A stretch of DNA of 63,574 bases, counting the filler, from Choristocarpus tenellus KU-1152 (lineage: Eukaryota; Protista; Phaeophyceae): the NCBI GenBank assembly GCA_964200185.2. It is 13 parts of 13 records of this genome, joined end to end, with 100 filler letters (N's around TTAATTAATTAA, not from the genome) between each part and the next. Parts side by side here need not be neighbours in the genome. Positions count along the whole stretch, not along the records: positions 9,363 to 15,162 come from CAXNAD020009724.1; positions 15,263 to 20,124 come from CAXNAD020012755.1; positions 20,225 to 23,311 come from CAXNAD020022413.1; positions 23,412 to 30,425 come from CAXNAD020006863.1; 9 more parts are not named here. One strand, written 5' to 3'. The notes below the pieces were generated by a model, which was not told where the DNA came from, made no database searches, and saw only the letters and a list, made by a program, of their open reading frames with translations. Below, in pieces: positions 12,401-26,202 of the stretch. Both the position numbers and the translations under genes were made by a program. Numbering within the stretch: position 1 is the stretch's first letter; each line of letters begins with the position of its first letter.

Positions 12401-15135
12401 CTGACTTCACCTGTGGACATATAGGCCTGGGAATGAGAGCCGTTTATTGCCATTGCGAGCACTTTTTTGCGGCCGTGTCTATATTGAATTTTTGAGTATT
12501 ATCGTTTGGCCAATAAAATTGGCAGAAAACCCTTCATCCTTGTCCCCCACTTTACATATTTTCCAAAACAATGTGCACCTATTGTAGTATGGTTGGTAAT
12601 TCAGGAAGCATAGACACATGCAGTGTGTTATAGCTGGCAAAGGACAAAGTAAATGACAAAGCAAAGATGGAGCACCAAGTACGTGAGTCCTGAACTACTA
12701 CTTTTGTGTCTTGGGTGAGTTCTACACATAATGCACTTAGCCATCCATGCAGGGTTGGAGACTCGCTCGTTTATGGGCAAGATGGGAAGGGGAAATTGGG
12801 AGAAGCGGCCCTCCAATCACCTCGTGGCACTGCAGCTCCTCCTCAAGAGTTGTGGCAACCTCTGTGTGCTCAATCTCAATTGGCAGGTAAAAAAAGGTTT
12901 GGGTAAAAAAAATACTACCTTGTTCCGAAGATTGCCAACCTTGTATCTGCCTGCCCCCTTTTGAGTTCTCCCTGATCATTTTCCTCCCTTAATTTTTGGA
13001 GCTCCACCTTCAATCGTTGTGATATCTTCTTCAGGCACTGCTGGCGTCTCACAACATCCACAATGTTTTTCGTCGGCTTCAGCACGGACGTCAGCCTCAC
13101 CGTACTCAGCAGCTAGCCACTTTCGTTTCTCATCTTCCTCACAAAGCACTGGAGTTGCAATAGCCTCTGGCGCGTTTTCCTTCCTCATCACAGTGGCCTC
13201 CATCGTGGTGAAGCCTTGCTCAACTTTGCCCTTCACCTCTGCTTTCACTTCCCTCAATTCGATCTCCATCCAACTCGTTGTTTTGTGACAATGGTCTCAG
13301 CATCAACAGTCGCCCACTTTGCTTAAGTATAGCAGAGAGACAACAGTGGCAGAAACCTCCTCCGTGATCCATGTAGCATCTTGAACCACATGTGCTTTGC
13401 CTGTGCTGGTGATACCATGCTTGTCCTTGTAGACTTCGTTATTCTTTTTAGCCTTCTGGGATCTCTTTCACGCACCCCCTCCTCGTCACCTACACACTTT
13501 TGTGGAATACTCCATTTTGAATACCACTTATCTCACCAACCACACGGACAATCAATGTACAGTTTTTTCCAAAAGAAGGATTGAAAGTCCCTCTACACAA
13601 TTTCTGGAGAACTTTATTTGACAACTTTCGTATTCCATAGTGTTTGCACAAAATGAAATACATTATGGTATTTTGTCTAACAGCGATAAGAAAATCCACT
13701 ACGAGATCAGATTGAGCAAAATGAAATTCACTATCAAAAAGAAAAAATGGAAAAAACAAGAAACACCACCCGAAGGTGACGGGTGAATTCAAACCATCTT
13801 CAGCACCATTAGTGGGCGCCCCGCCCCGTGACGAATGAGTAGTCTGCCTTAGCTCGTGTTAGCTTCTGTCTATTTCGACCCTTCCCTGGACATTCCCCAG
13901 TGGATTGAACGATAGAGGTAGTAGGTCTTTGTCCGAATGGTGTCAACTTCTATCGCTCGCCCTGTCTGTGACTAAAGCAAGTGGGGATCAAAGCACAGGC
14001 TGGGGAACGGATGTGACTGGTCGAACGGGTTTTGATGCATTGCTTTTTGGAATGAACAAGGTCCGTATTTCGCAGGAACTGAAGCAGGTTGTTTGTTTAC
14101 GGCAGCGCAGACAGCGAACGAGGAGTTCTGGCTTGAAACAGGTTGAAGCATCGGTGCGAGGGTTACCAGTATATTGTTGACAACCTCTTGGTGTGGCAGC
14201 AAAGTTTGGCTTGATACCTCATCGTGCATGGACGTCCTGTTCTGGCGAGGCAGTCGTAGTTCCTGCCTAACGATCGGGGTTTCCGCTGAGGCAGCGAAAG
14301 GGTGTGACATGGTAGCAAACATAACACGCACATCTCCCACGGTACCCAAACCATTGTGAGTCTTGTCCTTGTGCAATGAAGCTTCTGTAGCATTTTGGTT
14401 GGCTAAAACAAATGTAAATTGGTCACTTTGATTGGATAATTCCTCTATGAGATCATCAATCCTTTGAGTGTTGCCCCGAGGGTCTTACCGAGTCCATAAT
14501 GCTTTTCACTATTGCTTTGAACTAGAAAATGAGAAATTTCATCACGTTTGGTAATGAAAAACACTACCAGCAGAACATGGGGCGATAGATAAAACTTTCT
14601 GATAGTGAATTTCATTTTGCGCAAACACTCTCATGACGTACAAAGAAACTCATTGAAAACAGTGATTAAAAATCCCCACAATTGAAGTCTTGGAGAACTA
14701 CATACCTGATAAAAAAAACTAACCGTCTGTATATTTTTATTATCATGCATTTGACATCTGTATTATACTATCTATGAAAACCTTAACATCAACTATTATT
14801 GTGTCTGATGGTGATGAACGTACCATAATAAAAGTTCGAGTGATTAGTGGGTGTACTGATCTAAGAGAGGCCAATAGAAGAGAAAAATGGGATATAAGAG
14901 AGAGTAAAATTATCTTGTCACCACCTTTCAGGCTATAAGAGAGGCTTCGGCATTTTCCTGACAATTCTCTCTTACTTTCGTTGAAGTCACTGAGTCGCTG
15001 GCGTTCTTCGTCGGACTTCGCACTGCTGAGGAGCTGATCTCTCGCTTTCCGTCCTAGCATCTGGAGGGTAGCTCGATTGGATGGAAGCTTTGCATCCCAC
15101 ACTTCTTCAAAAAGCATGAGAGTGTTTTCATTGAT
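9411..15135 (-). CDS. Two candidate exons of an unidentified gene (15135-14925 and 9515-9411) around a TE-filled ~5.4-kb intron
   Basis: aag|INENTLMLFEEVWDAKLPSNRATLQMLGRKARDQLL...SYSLK G|gtggtg and cag|AG NILEHNRGRCARLVSCRQDHIAGCSCVHYTFVSK G|gtgagg. Phases are compatible (1/1). No recognisable domain. Confidence 0.45.
9583..10409 (+). mobile_element. 5' end of a truncated Copia LTR retrotransposon (LTR ~9583-9901, PBS 9902-9912, gag fragment)
   Basis: TG...CA segment followed at once by GGTTATGAGCC, close to the copia-type half-tRNAiMet PBS GGTTATGGGCC. Then a gag-like ORF (TWLELEQIYG...EMKLRDMY...AADFVIHLDHVW) that stops abruptly. Confidence 0.7.
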
Positions 15136-15262
15136 CTTTCACAAGTGACATGGAGATGACAANNNNNNNNNNNNNNNNNNNNNNNNNNNNNNNNNNNNNN
15201 NNNNNNTTAATTAATTAANNNNNNNNNNNNNNNNNNNNNNNNNNNNNNNNNNNNNNNNNNNN

Positions 15263-15432
15263 GGGGGGGGGGGGGGGGGGCTTCTACACCAGGGTGTTCA
15301 TTTGGGTCAAAATCAGGAAAAGTGCAGTTACATTATCCATCCGACGTAAGCAACCAAATCACACAAAAATCGCGACATGAAAAAAATTGGCCCCAAATGG
15401 ACAGCTGCCACCCCCCTCCCCAGATACTTTGA
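15263..15432. mobile_element. Second short dispersed repeat with poly-G/poly-C arms ending CCCAGATACTTTGA (ends also at ~48-75, 30408-30425, 30526-30545)
   Basis: The terminus ccccagatactttga recurs four times, always at or near contig breaks, and shares AGATACTTTGA with MITE family A. Confidence 0.6.
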
Positions 15433-18400
15433 GTCAGAATCAACAAACAAAATTCACTCCTACCATACTTATTTATCCGTTTATATTGTCCAGATACTTG
15501 CCAACCGTGTGTGGAAGACACCTCTAGGGCGTGCGCCGCTCCCTTTTGGAGAGTCCACAGACAGAAATGATTCCAACGCACAGGCTATGCTTTCGTGGAC
15601 TGCATCTCCTGCTACCTGGATTATAGATTGTAACTTCCGCGTGACTGGGCAAGTGGTGTCTCGCAATAGAGCCTCAAAGGATCCAGCAAACACCGAGATG
15701 GTGCCCTTTTACCTGGAGCAGTTGCAAGGGAGGTATCGATCCTCTAGAGATAGGAGGCCAAACAAACGGTGCCCGAGCGCCATAAAGATCCAGAGAAGAT
15801 GTGAACTGTGTGGGGACTGCACATCGACAGCGCTTCAGATCATGCAACCAATGAGTACTTCAGCAGACCTAAGTTTGACTCTGGAAACAAGAGAGCTGTA
15901 TTGTAAGAGCAACATACTCGGAGTACGTAACTGAGGGTGCAGGTGGGGCTGCCTTGCTTCAACCAGTGGATCAATGAGGAAGCTAAATGGAGTGGAGGAA
16001 GCTGTTCCACGATACTACTCGTGCAAAATAAACCTTGCTTCTCACCTAGATTGTCAGGGTTCATACTATATTTTCATTTCCTGCTCTTATCCTGGTATTG
16101 ATACTGTTTGTTTCTTACATACTCCAGTATATTTCTTATATTGCAATAGTGAATAATGTTCTTCCTGAACTGTATGGTGTAGTAGTAGCAGTAACGATGA
16201 TAATCTTCTTCATTTTCTCTTTCTCTTTCTCTTGCTTTCCCAGTTGATGATCATATCAACCCTCGCTTGATCCGTAGTCTGAGTACGAGTGCAACAGGCC
16301 GTCTCAGACGCCCAAGCACGGCAGGAAATAGCTTCGAACATTACAAGACCATTCTGACCACAGTAAGTCGGGAGCATAACACATTCACGGCATACATAAC
16401 AGAACTAGCAGTAATAGTAGTGCTAAGAACTTTCAATATTATTTTTCGGCATAACACAATACAGTAATACAACACTTTGAAGAGTGTTTAACTGTAATAC
16501 TACCATTTCGCTTTGCGTCATGACATAACGAACGTTGCTGAGAAAAAAGCAACATGTGTCGTGTATGTCTTGGACTGGAGTGTTACCGGCATGACATAGT
16601 GTTGTATATGTTTTCGTGTCCAGTGTCAAGGGCGTAAAACTGTTGGTATCAAGTTGTCCAATGTGTTGAATTTCTGTATTATGCCCACTAACATCTTGCA
16701 TTTTGCTAATGTATGAAGGGAGGGAAAATACAAAAATACAGGCTACAATATACATATTTGCACTACATACTACACCGTATCTCTATTACTTAGAACTGAG
16801 TACTTCTACAAGTGTATCTTAGTCATACTGCACCGAAACTAACCTCAATTTAGGCAACCTCAACACCACCGCCACAGCAGAGCTTCCTTGGTGATGAGTT
16901 AATTACCTGTGTGGTAGAGAGGAGAGAGGCTGAGGGTTATAGTAGGAAAGGGGTAGTCAATGCTTGTTTGGAACAGCAGAGAGTACCAATAACTGCACAG
17001 GTGGCTCTTACAAGGCGGGTCATTCGTTTAAGCTGTGCCGGGCATGATGGAGCCACCCGCTGAGGGAACCACTCCCCTTGCTCGGGGAACCACTCTCCTT
17101 ATGTAGGGAGTCACTCTTTTTTCTTCCATGTCTTTTTTATCAGTTATTGGCCGACCGAGCCGTCATTTTGGGGCACGTGACTGAAGTACACATGCTCAGG
17201 GGAACACGTCCACACTCTTCAGCGTATTTTCCGTTTTCCCCCACCATTTCTATTTGAGGTTGACCCACCATTCTCAATTAGGTGGGCCAAGTGGAAGAGG
17301 CGCAACTTAGGCAAGTCACAACTTAGGCAAGTCATTCATATAATGTACTATATAGTAGCACCTAGCTAAATGTACTTTTCTTGTAACCGCCTGCCCATCT
17401 TCCTCCTCTATTTTGTCCAATCTCTTATTCGCGTTGACGGTATTACCTTTTGCATCTGTTTCCTCTTGTGCAGAAACCCGTCCCTGACTGTCTGGTGGAC
17501 AGGATCCACATCTTTACGACCCTTCCTATCCACGATGAATCCTGTGGTCAATAGGATGTTCTGATCCAATTAATGTTTGTTGGTAAAAGCTATCATCTAC
17601 AAAGGCATTTCCGAAATGAAAAATCTCATCAACTCTGCTGCGAGGGGAGCGATGAACACAACTGGGTTTTTGTGGTTGGTTTTGGTAACGTTCTTCACAT
17701 ATGTCCACTGCATATACTACATAAGGTGGGGGAAGATATGCAGATTACAGAGAGGCACAGGGAGAAGGTTGATGAATAATCGAATGTAAGGCAAGGTAGA
17801 CTGTTTTCAAGAAGATTAATTATTTATATTCAGGTACCAGTCGGTCCACATTTGTGTTGTTTAAAGCAAATTATCGGTAAGAATATTGTTAGTAAATACT
17901 ACGATACGAACAGTGAACAACATTTTTTTGGTATTGGCGTCATCTGAAAAGTTTAATTGTTAGAGAAAAGTGTGCGATTGGTGTGACACAGACAAATATA
18001 TCGGTTGGCAAGAGGACACTGTTGTGGTCAACATTATGGTTTCCATACGATGATGACAACATACAAATTGTGAATGTGTGTGAATTCAACGTCCTACAAT
18101 AATTGTATAGTTTAAAGAACACTTTTGAGGTGATACCCTCTAAGAACATGTTCAAGACCACGAGGATAACTACTTCATAAACCGATAGGTGCATCAAATG
18201 TAGCATATATAAGACATTCATACCACCGACTCCACCACAAGTACCTCTATTCTGACAATGTGTGTCAGTATCGTTCAAGATTTTGAGTGTGAATTCCATA
18301 TACAGTAGTGCATCCAAATCTTGTGTCGGAATCAAAACCAACTGAGAGACAGGCAAGGATGCATTTTAAGGATCCCCAGAAGAGGCAAATGTATACCATT

Positions 18401-20470
18401 TTGTAAACTGTAGAAAAAGCCTTTGCTGAATTGTGGTGTTATATTGTGTGCATAAAGAGGGGACATCAATTTTGCGTGCACTATTGTATCACTTGGTATG
18501 CCTTCACCCAATCGGCACTGGTCCGTATATCCAGGTCACGTCGTTCCTCCTGATCACAATTTTGAGTCAAAGTGAACGAGATGTACCCAGGGTTGCTTTA
18601 AGGATGCTGACAAATAGGTGCAAAGTTTATCTATTTTTACAATATATATAGATAGGATATTTTCTGAATTGTGTCGAAATTTTTCAAACAACGGAGAAAT
18701 CGACGTTCTCAAGTCAAACTTCGCCCTTTATCCATAAAAATAGGAGTGAATTGCGAAAGATTAGAAAACTGACTTAAAATGCAAAACGGTCAAAACCTGT
18801 GTACCTCTTGTTTACTTTGGCTCTTTCCAAGATTTCCCTATCATATGAACATTGATGGTTGTGTTAGGTCGGTGAAAATAGATGACGAGTATGTTGTCCA
18901 TAAGACACAGGCTACAGTCCTCAGAAAGTGCTCAGTAATGCACAATCTAAGCACAGTTTGGACGCATGAGCATCAGAGTTGACTCGACTTTTGAACCAGG
19001 AAGAACTTATCGAAAATACATCCCTTTGTGCCGCGATATGGAAGGTGTTCATACATGTCTGTACAGATACCCTTGCGGCAACAAATGTTATTTTCCCAGT
19101 TTTCGACAGGAAATTGCAAGAATGATGGTTCCCCCTGTTCAGCATTGGGACACTCTTTCCCCACTTGAAGTGTTTCTCATCCCTGGTCTCTCCTTCCAAA
19201 GCTATTCCTATGGTTGACGAGTCTATGATGGCCAAGGTGTCATTCCCCATTCATCAACCTGTCATGTTTAATTCCCGTTGCATGATAAATGGATACGCTG
19301 GGGTTAATATTTGGTCTTGAAACACTATCTAGAGGTCATATTATGCCTTACAAAGATACTTACAGACTTTCTCCCACCCTTTTTGATATGTGTGTCAGTG
19401 ACTAAGACAAGAAAAGGAGACCCGCTCAAACTCTCTTCCATTCCATGCTCCCCAATCGTTTTTGGAGATTTTATCGGTCCTGTGCCAGAGAACGTCCCAT
19501 ATTTGGCGCTCACAATTAATCACCAGGAGTGTCACTGCCTTTATAGTTACGGAGCAGACTTCACACACTTTGGTAGCGGCGCTCAAGTCATGATCAAGGA
19601 TTTCTTCTTCCGTTACCCAGCTCTCGTCAAGTTTACTCTTTTCACTCATTACTGGAGGCCTTTTTTCAACACATTGATTTGCCTATGGACTTGGCCACAG
19701 ACTTGGTAATGGATGCAACAACATCCTCATGTGATGCCAGACGGCAGCTTGCCTGAGATCAGAAGTAGTTTCCCATGTTCAAGATGTGCGATCGTAAGCA
19801 ACTGAGGAGATTAAAAACATAATGATAATGTATTTGCAATAAAAGAAAGGCATACCCTAGTCACAAACTTTGTCGTTCATATCCTTGACACATAAAGGTT
19901 TAACAACAGAAGTTACTCGGGAGGAGAATTATTCGAGGAACCACTGCCAGTTGATAGTTACTATTCTCCAACAGCCCCAGGAGGGAAGAAACAGCGGGAC
20001 TTGTGTTCCTGGATAGTCCCGCGGGTTTTGTGACGGAGGAAAGAGAGACGGAGAACATTGGGTACAAGCAGCCAGGGTGCCTGAACAGCAGAGGGTTGGA
20101 GGGCACGGGGGGGGGGGGGGGGGGNNNNNNNNNNNNNNNNNNNNNNNNNNNNNNNNNNNNNNNNNNNNTTAATTAATTAANNNNNNNNNNNNNNNNNNNN
20201 NNNNNNNNNNNNNNNNNNNNNNNNCCCCCCCGTCTCTCTCTCTCTCTCCAACCTGCATGTGTGTATGTTGCAGAAGGTGTCATTGTTGATGCCGCCACTC
20301 CGGTACTATTGATCTCTATCAGTTTACTCTGGTTGCTCAGCTCTCGAACTGTGGAAGCTTACCTGTGTGCTTTACCTGTGTGCTTTACCTGTGTGCTTGA
20401 ACAAGGTGGTGAAAATGATGTGTTTGTATGTATTTTTTGTTAATATTCTGCCTACTGATGCTTGCGCATT

Positions 20471-20749
20471 GAGTGAGAGAGTATCTTAGGGTTAGGGTAC
20501 GGATTTTCCCGTTAGGGTTGTCCATCTGGGGCTTGGCTTCCCACAGGTTTTTCAGCGACGTTTTTACGTACTCCAAAAAATGTTTCGGAGTAGGTAAAGT
20601 GTACATACGTTATGAAAAAGGTGTGTCCGGAGAACAAGGATATTGACATCTCCTAACAAACATATTGGTCAAAGTTACGTCAAAATTACATTGGATTTTG
20701 GCCCCCCAAATGGATGCGGCTCTACCCTAACCCTAAGATAATTTGACTC
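20471..20749. mobile_element. MITE family A copy with telomere-hexamer TIR variant
   Basis: TIRs gtatcttagggttagggta / taccctaaccctaagata. Internal sequence matches the other copies. Flanked by ATT/ATT. Confidence 0.8.
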
Positions 20750-20764
20750 ATTGGTTGTTTCAGC

Positions 20765-20815
20765 ATACATACATACATACATACATACATACATACATAC
20801 ATACATACATACATA
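20765..20815. repeat. (CATA)n microsatellite
   Basis: About 12 CATA units read directly. Confidence 0.95.
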
Positions 20816-21099
20816 CACACATATATATACACTAATAGACCCGATCGATACCCATTCACCTACCCATGAGCTGCGCCCACGAACTTGCTCCCACCTGTAT
20901 GTAGATAATGAAAACTCACCCCGTAAGAACAAGACCGCAAGGCTCTGTCCGCCTTCCAATGATCTATTCATCCCTCAACTGAGTTTGACTTTGTTCAGTC
21001 CACAATTTGCTCTCACGACTGAATTATTTTATTTTATTATTTTTATTATTTATTTATGTTAAAGCCCAGCCTTCGTGCGTTTCTCTTGGTCTCAGTATC

Positions 21100-21145
<46 letters not shown>

Positions 21146-21160
21146 ACTACCACCTTTTTT

Positions 21161-21205
<45 letters not shown>

Positions 21206-21316
21206 CCCCCCTTCCTGCTTTTTTTCTTGTCCCTGTCCCCCCCCCCCCCCCCCCCCCCTCCCCCCCAAACACGTACTGTTTTTACATATTTTTATTTTTA
21301 CATACATGCAATCAAG

Positions 21317-21386
21317 GCACCTGTCGAATTTGAGTGGAGCTGAGCAGAGAGAGAAGACTCTGTTGGGCTACTGGCGAGAGTTGCAG
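21317..21386 (+). CDS. Orphan internal exon, product unknown
   Basis: caag|G HLSNLSGAEQREKTLLGYWRELQ |gtaagg. Strong donor, pyrimidine-rich upstream. Confidence 0.5.
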
Positions 21387-22205
21387 GTAAGGGTTGAAGG
21401 TGTTGGGACGTGCTGATTGGTTGAGTGGTTTTTTGCACGTTGCCTGATTGGTCAGCTGTCGATTTGAACTGTGTGCAGTGTGTACGCACCACAAAACTCC
21501 GGTGATTTTTTTCATGTCAGGAATGTTACTTTTGGACTTTCCTCAACAACAACCTCCCCCCCCTCCCCCCTCCCCCTATCTTAGAGACCTTGAGGTGAGG
21601 GTTAAGGTTAGGGTTAGGGCTCTGATGTCAATTCAGGTGTACATGGTAGACTTTGTATGGTGGCTGCATGTGTGTATTTGGAGTTGGTTTCTATTGTGAG
21701 ATCGCTCTTTTTCATTGTTTGAAGGTGTATCATGGTAGGCAGTCATAGAGTAATGTGCTTGTAGAGGGATAGAGCGGAGATTCTGTTTTTTGGAAGTAGT
21801 TTATTGATTCATGTGTATAATATAGTGTTTCATATAGTTGACTGCATTGCATGCATTGTATTCTATTTCCTAATGTGCTACTCTGTTTTATCTTTATTGT
21901 ATATTTCAAATATTTTTCTGCATTACATATATTATGGTATATTTCATATATTTATTGCATTAACTGTATTGTACTAAATTTCATATATTTGACTGCGCTA
22001 CATGTATTATATTATATTTAATATATTTTACTCCATTACATATTTCGTACTATATTCCATATATTTTGCTTCATTGCATATATGTCACTTTCATCATATG
22101 TTACCTCATTACATACTTTATACTGTATTCAATATATTTCATGTATTATTATATTATGTTTCATATTTTTTACTGTGTTGTATGTATTGCACTATACTTC
22201 ATCTA

Positions 22206-23230
22206 CAGTTCGTGTACCTATATAAGAGAGGTCGATATAAGAGAGGTCGATATAAGAGAAAAGGGGATATAAGAGAGGGTGAACTACCTTTTCACGACTT
22301 TTCACGCTATAAGAGAGGTTTCGGCGTTTTCCTGCCTATTCTCTCTTATATCGAGCAGACCCCGATTATTATTTTTTTCACTACTTCATGGAGGGGTTTC
22401 ACAAAAAAAAAGCCTTATCTATACTTAACCGAAATACAACAGAGGCCACAAACCTGCTTGAGACCAGCAGTACAAAGCATAGCAGTCTCTTGTCTCTCAG
22501 TACTGAACAGTGCAGGACGTACACCATATCACATCAAGTTTAGACGACTGCATTCTACAGGTATAATAATAATGCCCTGCATAGTGGGATCCAGCTGCAA
22601 CGTAAAGGGTAATACTCCTGTTCCGCCACACTATGCATGTCATAAGTGTGGCGTTTGTAGTGGCGCTGTCTTGATGGCATTTGCGGCATCGTGGATCCTT
22701 TTGGAGACAGCAAAATGAAGCACATGTGCAAATAGTAGGTGTGAGCCCCCACCAAGCGCAAGCCAGGCTTTTGAGTCCTCCAGCCAGCGATATCACAGCA
22801 TCGAATCGCCATGACGACATCAACGAGGGCAAGGGGAAGGTGTGCTGCCAAGTAAAATAAAAAAGGCAAAGAGCCTCTCCCTTTCGAACGGCTTGCGGTG
22901 CCGACGAAGGTAAACACGCCTGAGGTTTGTAGAGAAGGTGGAAGCGTTGGCGCTCCTCCTGAAGAGCAACACGATCTGCGGGAGCTGCGGTTGCTCAAGG
23001 GTTTGGAGTCGATCACAGCACCCTCTACAAGTATGAAGAAGGAGGCAACAATCACCGTGGAGTGGAGAAGGCGTAGATGCGTAGAAGCCTGATGCCACAA
23101 GCCTGACGCCAAGTCTATGAGGGGGTGCCAAACGTACCAAGTCTGAAGCTTTGGAGTGGGGATTGAAAGTCTGAAAAAGTAGGTTGATTGTGATGGCGAT
23201 TGAATTGTCTTTCTGCACTGTCTGCTGATG
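22206..23230. mobile_element. One end of a pogo/Tigger-like DNA transposon (truncated by contig end)
   Basis: TA|CAGTTCGTGTACC terminus followed by four ATATAAGAGA subterminal repeats and an inverted copy near 22342. GC-richer interior. Confidence 0.5.
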
Positions 23231-23237
23231 AGGATCG

Positions 23238-23311
<74 letters not shown>

Positions 23312-25117
23312 NNNNNNNNNNNNNNNNNNNNNNNNNNNNNNNNNNNNNNNNNNNNTTAATTAATTAANNNNNNNNNNNNNNNNNNNNNNNNNNNNNNNNN
23401 NNNNNNNNNNNACAGACAAAAACAGTCAAGGGACACGAGAACCAGGCAGGGGAAATGAAGGGTGGGGATTGGGGAGGGGCAAGGAAAGGACCAAGATTCC
23501 TTGTCAGACAAGTACAATGTGTACGTGTCTACACATGTAAAAAAAATAAAATGACCACAACAGAAATTAGTTAATGACTTGAATTGTTGTACACAGAAAC
23601 ACGGGGCTCACACGGGGACGTAAATATTGCACAAATTTGAACTTACAGGTGCCATCGAAGATCACCACCTCAGTATGGGGAGGGGCTGGTGGGTATTGGT
23701 CAGTACAAGATGTGTTTATGTTGGCATGAGCCGAGTCCATCGTTAAATCTTAGATTTCTCTCTCAGCCATACTCTACCAATAACCTTAAAAATCTTGAAA
23801 TCCTAGCCCAAATACTATATAAATATTGTTATTAATATTTGGTATCATCTCTTTTTATCTCGTTTAAAAATATATATATTATTATTATTCTTAGTATCAT
23901 TGATATGCACGTCCCTAGTCCGACAGAAGTACACCCATTGGAGGGGAGGTTAAAAGGGGCCTAGGAAGGTAATCTCCACAAACTCCACTAGGAGAGTGCT
24001 TTGGATAAATTAATTGGAACCAGGGAATGATTGACTAGCATATATATACCTAGCATCATCGGAGGAAAATGAGGTAAAGTCCTAATTCTAGAACATTTTC
24101 AGACCCTTTATTAAAAATAATCATTTGCAGTACTGGTTTGAAGTATTATAGTTATTATCAAACTGAATGTATTGCACAGCAAACTCCCTTGACCCCTCCA
24201 GAATGTGTGCACCAACACACACATAATTTGTTTTTCTTTTTAGGCATAAAAAAAACCCCATGTAATCGACACCGCTGCCAAAGACAAAGCAACATCAATA
24301 TACAATGATAAAGGAAAAACAAGGTTGTAAAAACCAAGACCAAAACTACTAAAATAATAAAATACATTTGACATATCTTATATACTTGGGAGTCATCGAG
24401 AAAAGGTTAATATCGATGACGATAAAAAAAATCTGAACTTTTAAAATTGGGGAAAGGTTTGAAGTAAAATAAAAAATATGGATTCACATCCATTCCCACT
24501 CCTTCAAACAGGGCTCACCTCCATTTCCGTAGGAGGTATCCTCCATAATCTTACTTTTAAATCCTCGTTCAACACATGGGAATGAAAACCTTCTGGCGCA
24601 AATCAACATATTGGAAGTACAAGCCCTACTGCATATGAAGTAGTCCCCTGGAAATGCACTATTATCAAAACACACAGCAGAGTACGCCATAGCTTAAGCA
24701 CGCCTTCATATCTCTTTAACAAAGTGCACCTGAGCAACAAAAAGGTACACGCTATGGACCTCACCTAATTCTCAACCCCATCCTCAGTCCTGGCAGTGTC
24801 TGCACCTACACTCACCATACCACTCAATTTCATTGGTCAATGGAAAAGTCAGAACAACAAAGCACCCCCCCCTCCCCCCCCTTCCCCTCCCCTCCCCTAC
24901 TCCAACTCCCCCAACCTTCCCATCTCCGTTTCCAAACTTCCAGCCTTGAGGTAGGATACCCATAAACTTCAACTTTCCATGAGGTGTGCTACAAGTATAG
25001 CCTTATTGCAAGTACAGAGTGCAGTCAAGAGTTTTGAAAAAACAAAAAATAATCAAACGAAGGGTAGAAAGACAACCGACCTCAAAAAATTCAAAAGGTA
25101 ACCTCGATCAGCCGGAT

Positions 25118-25185
25118 ATATACTCTCTCACAAGATATACTCTCTCACAAGATATACTATCTCACAAGATATACTCTCTCACAAG
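25118..25185. repeat. 17-bp tandem repeat x4
   Basis: atatactctctcacaag x4. Confidence 0.9.
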
Positions 25186-26202
25186 AACGAATCACACACA
25201 ACTCGCTTGGCACGCTGCGCTTGCGTTTTGGTTCTTATCAAGCGCGCGCACACACACACATATATATATAAATATAATATATATATATATTTATTTTTAA
25301 AGGATTTTTTGAGACGATAAATTAGTTTCTTTCCACATGATAAAACCCTTCTCTCGATACTTTTTTTAATTGGGTTCCGGAAGAGAGCTCTCAGTATACG
25401 CGAGCGAGCCTTTGGCCACTTTCACCGATGCCGGCATACTTGGAAGGCGTATATTACCGTTCTGTCTTATGAAAAACAACATGAGGGTGCAACATTCACG
25501 GGATCTGCGGACACGGAATGGAAGGGACACTAAATTCCTTTGCGCTGGACTTGGCAGTTCTCGCTTTGTCTTTGTGCTGTTAATAGGAGCATAAAGGTTA
25601 GGGTAAGGGTGCAGGCAGTTTACTGGGGTGAAGTATGAATTACTCAATGCTACCTGCAGCAGTACAAGGAGAACGTTTTGAGGGTGGACATATTGTGTCC
25701 TCGGGTTCTGATGAGTCAAATAAGGACCATGGGCAGGGACTGGTGACAAATGCTTAGGGTCACATACGGCAAATCACAAGGGTAGCAACCTCGACACAAA
25801 GATGTTTCGCCATTATTGATTGATTGTGTGATGGAGAGAGAGCTTTGAATATACACAGAAAGTCCTGTAGCACAAAAACAACCTTTGCCCTTATATCCAG
25901 TGTGTCACAGCTGGAGCATACTCCTACAGTTCAACTCTGGTATATGAATATCTGGGAAAAATACATGAGACCAATGGAGTATTTAGGAGGTGAAAAAAAA
26001 GAGGTCAGAAAAACTTCAAAAGTAGGATTTCATGAACTTCCACAATATCCAACCCAACCCTACCTACTGTGGATAATTGTTGGTCGGACACCTTAACACA
26101 AAATGAACAGAACCAACAACACGTTATGAGCCTCCCTCCCACAACATCTCAGCTTTCTTCTTACTGCCACAAACCGCTCATATATCACCCAACAACACCC
26201 AC

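Noticed and set aside
15450-15960. 185-aa ORF with a VVSRN segment, possibly a Copia integrase remnant
   Set aside because: The motif is too short and the rest is unrecognisable, so it is left unassigned.
21800-22200. Hydrophobic Y/I/F-rich start of the 238-aa ORF at 22002
   Set aside because: AT-rich low-complexity sequence running into a transposon end.
23640-24730. Candidate downstream exons of the glycosyltransferase
   Set aside because: Donor-like sites exist, but no frame gave GT motifs or a consistent phase.
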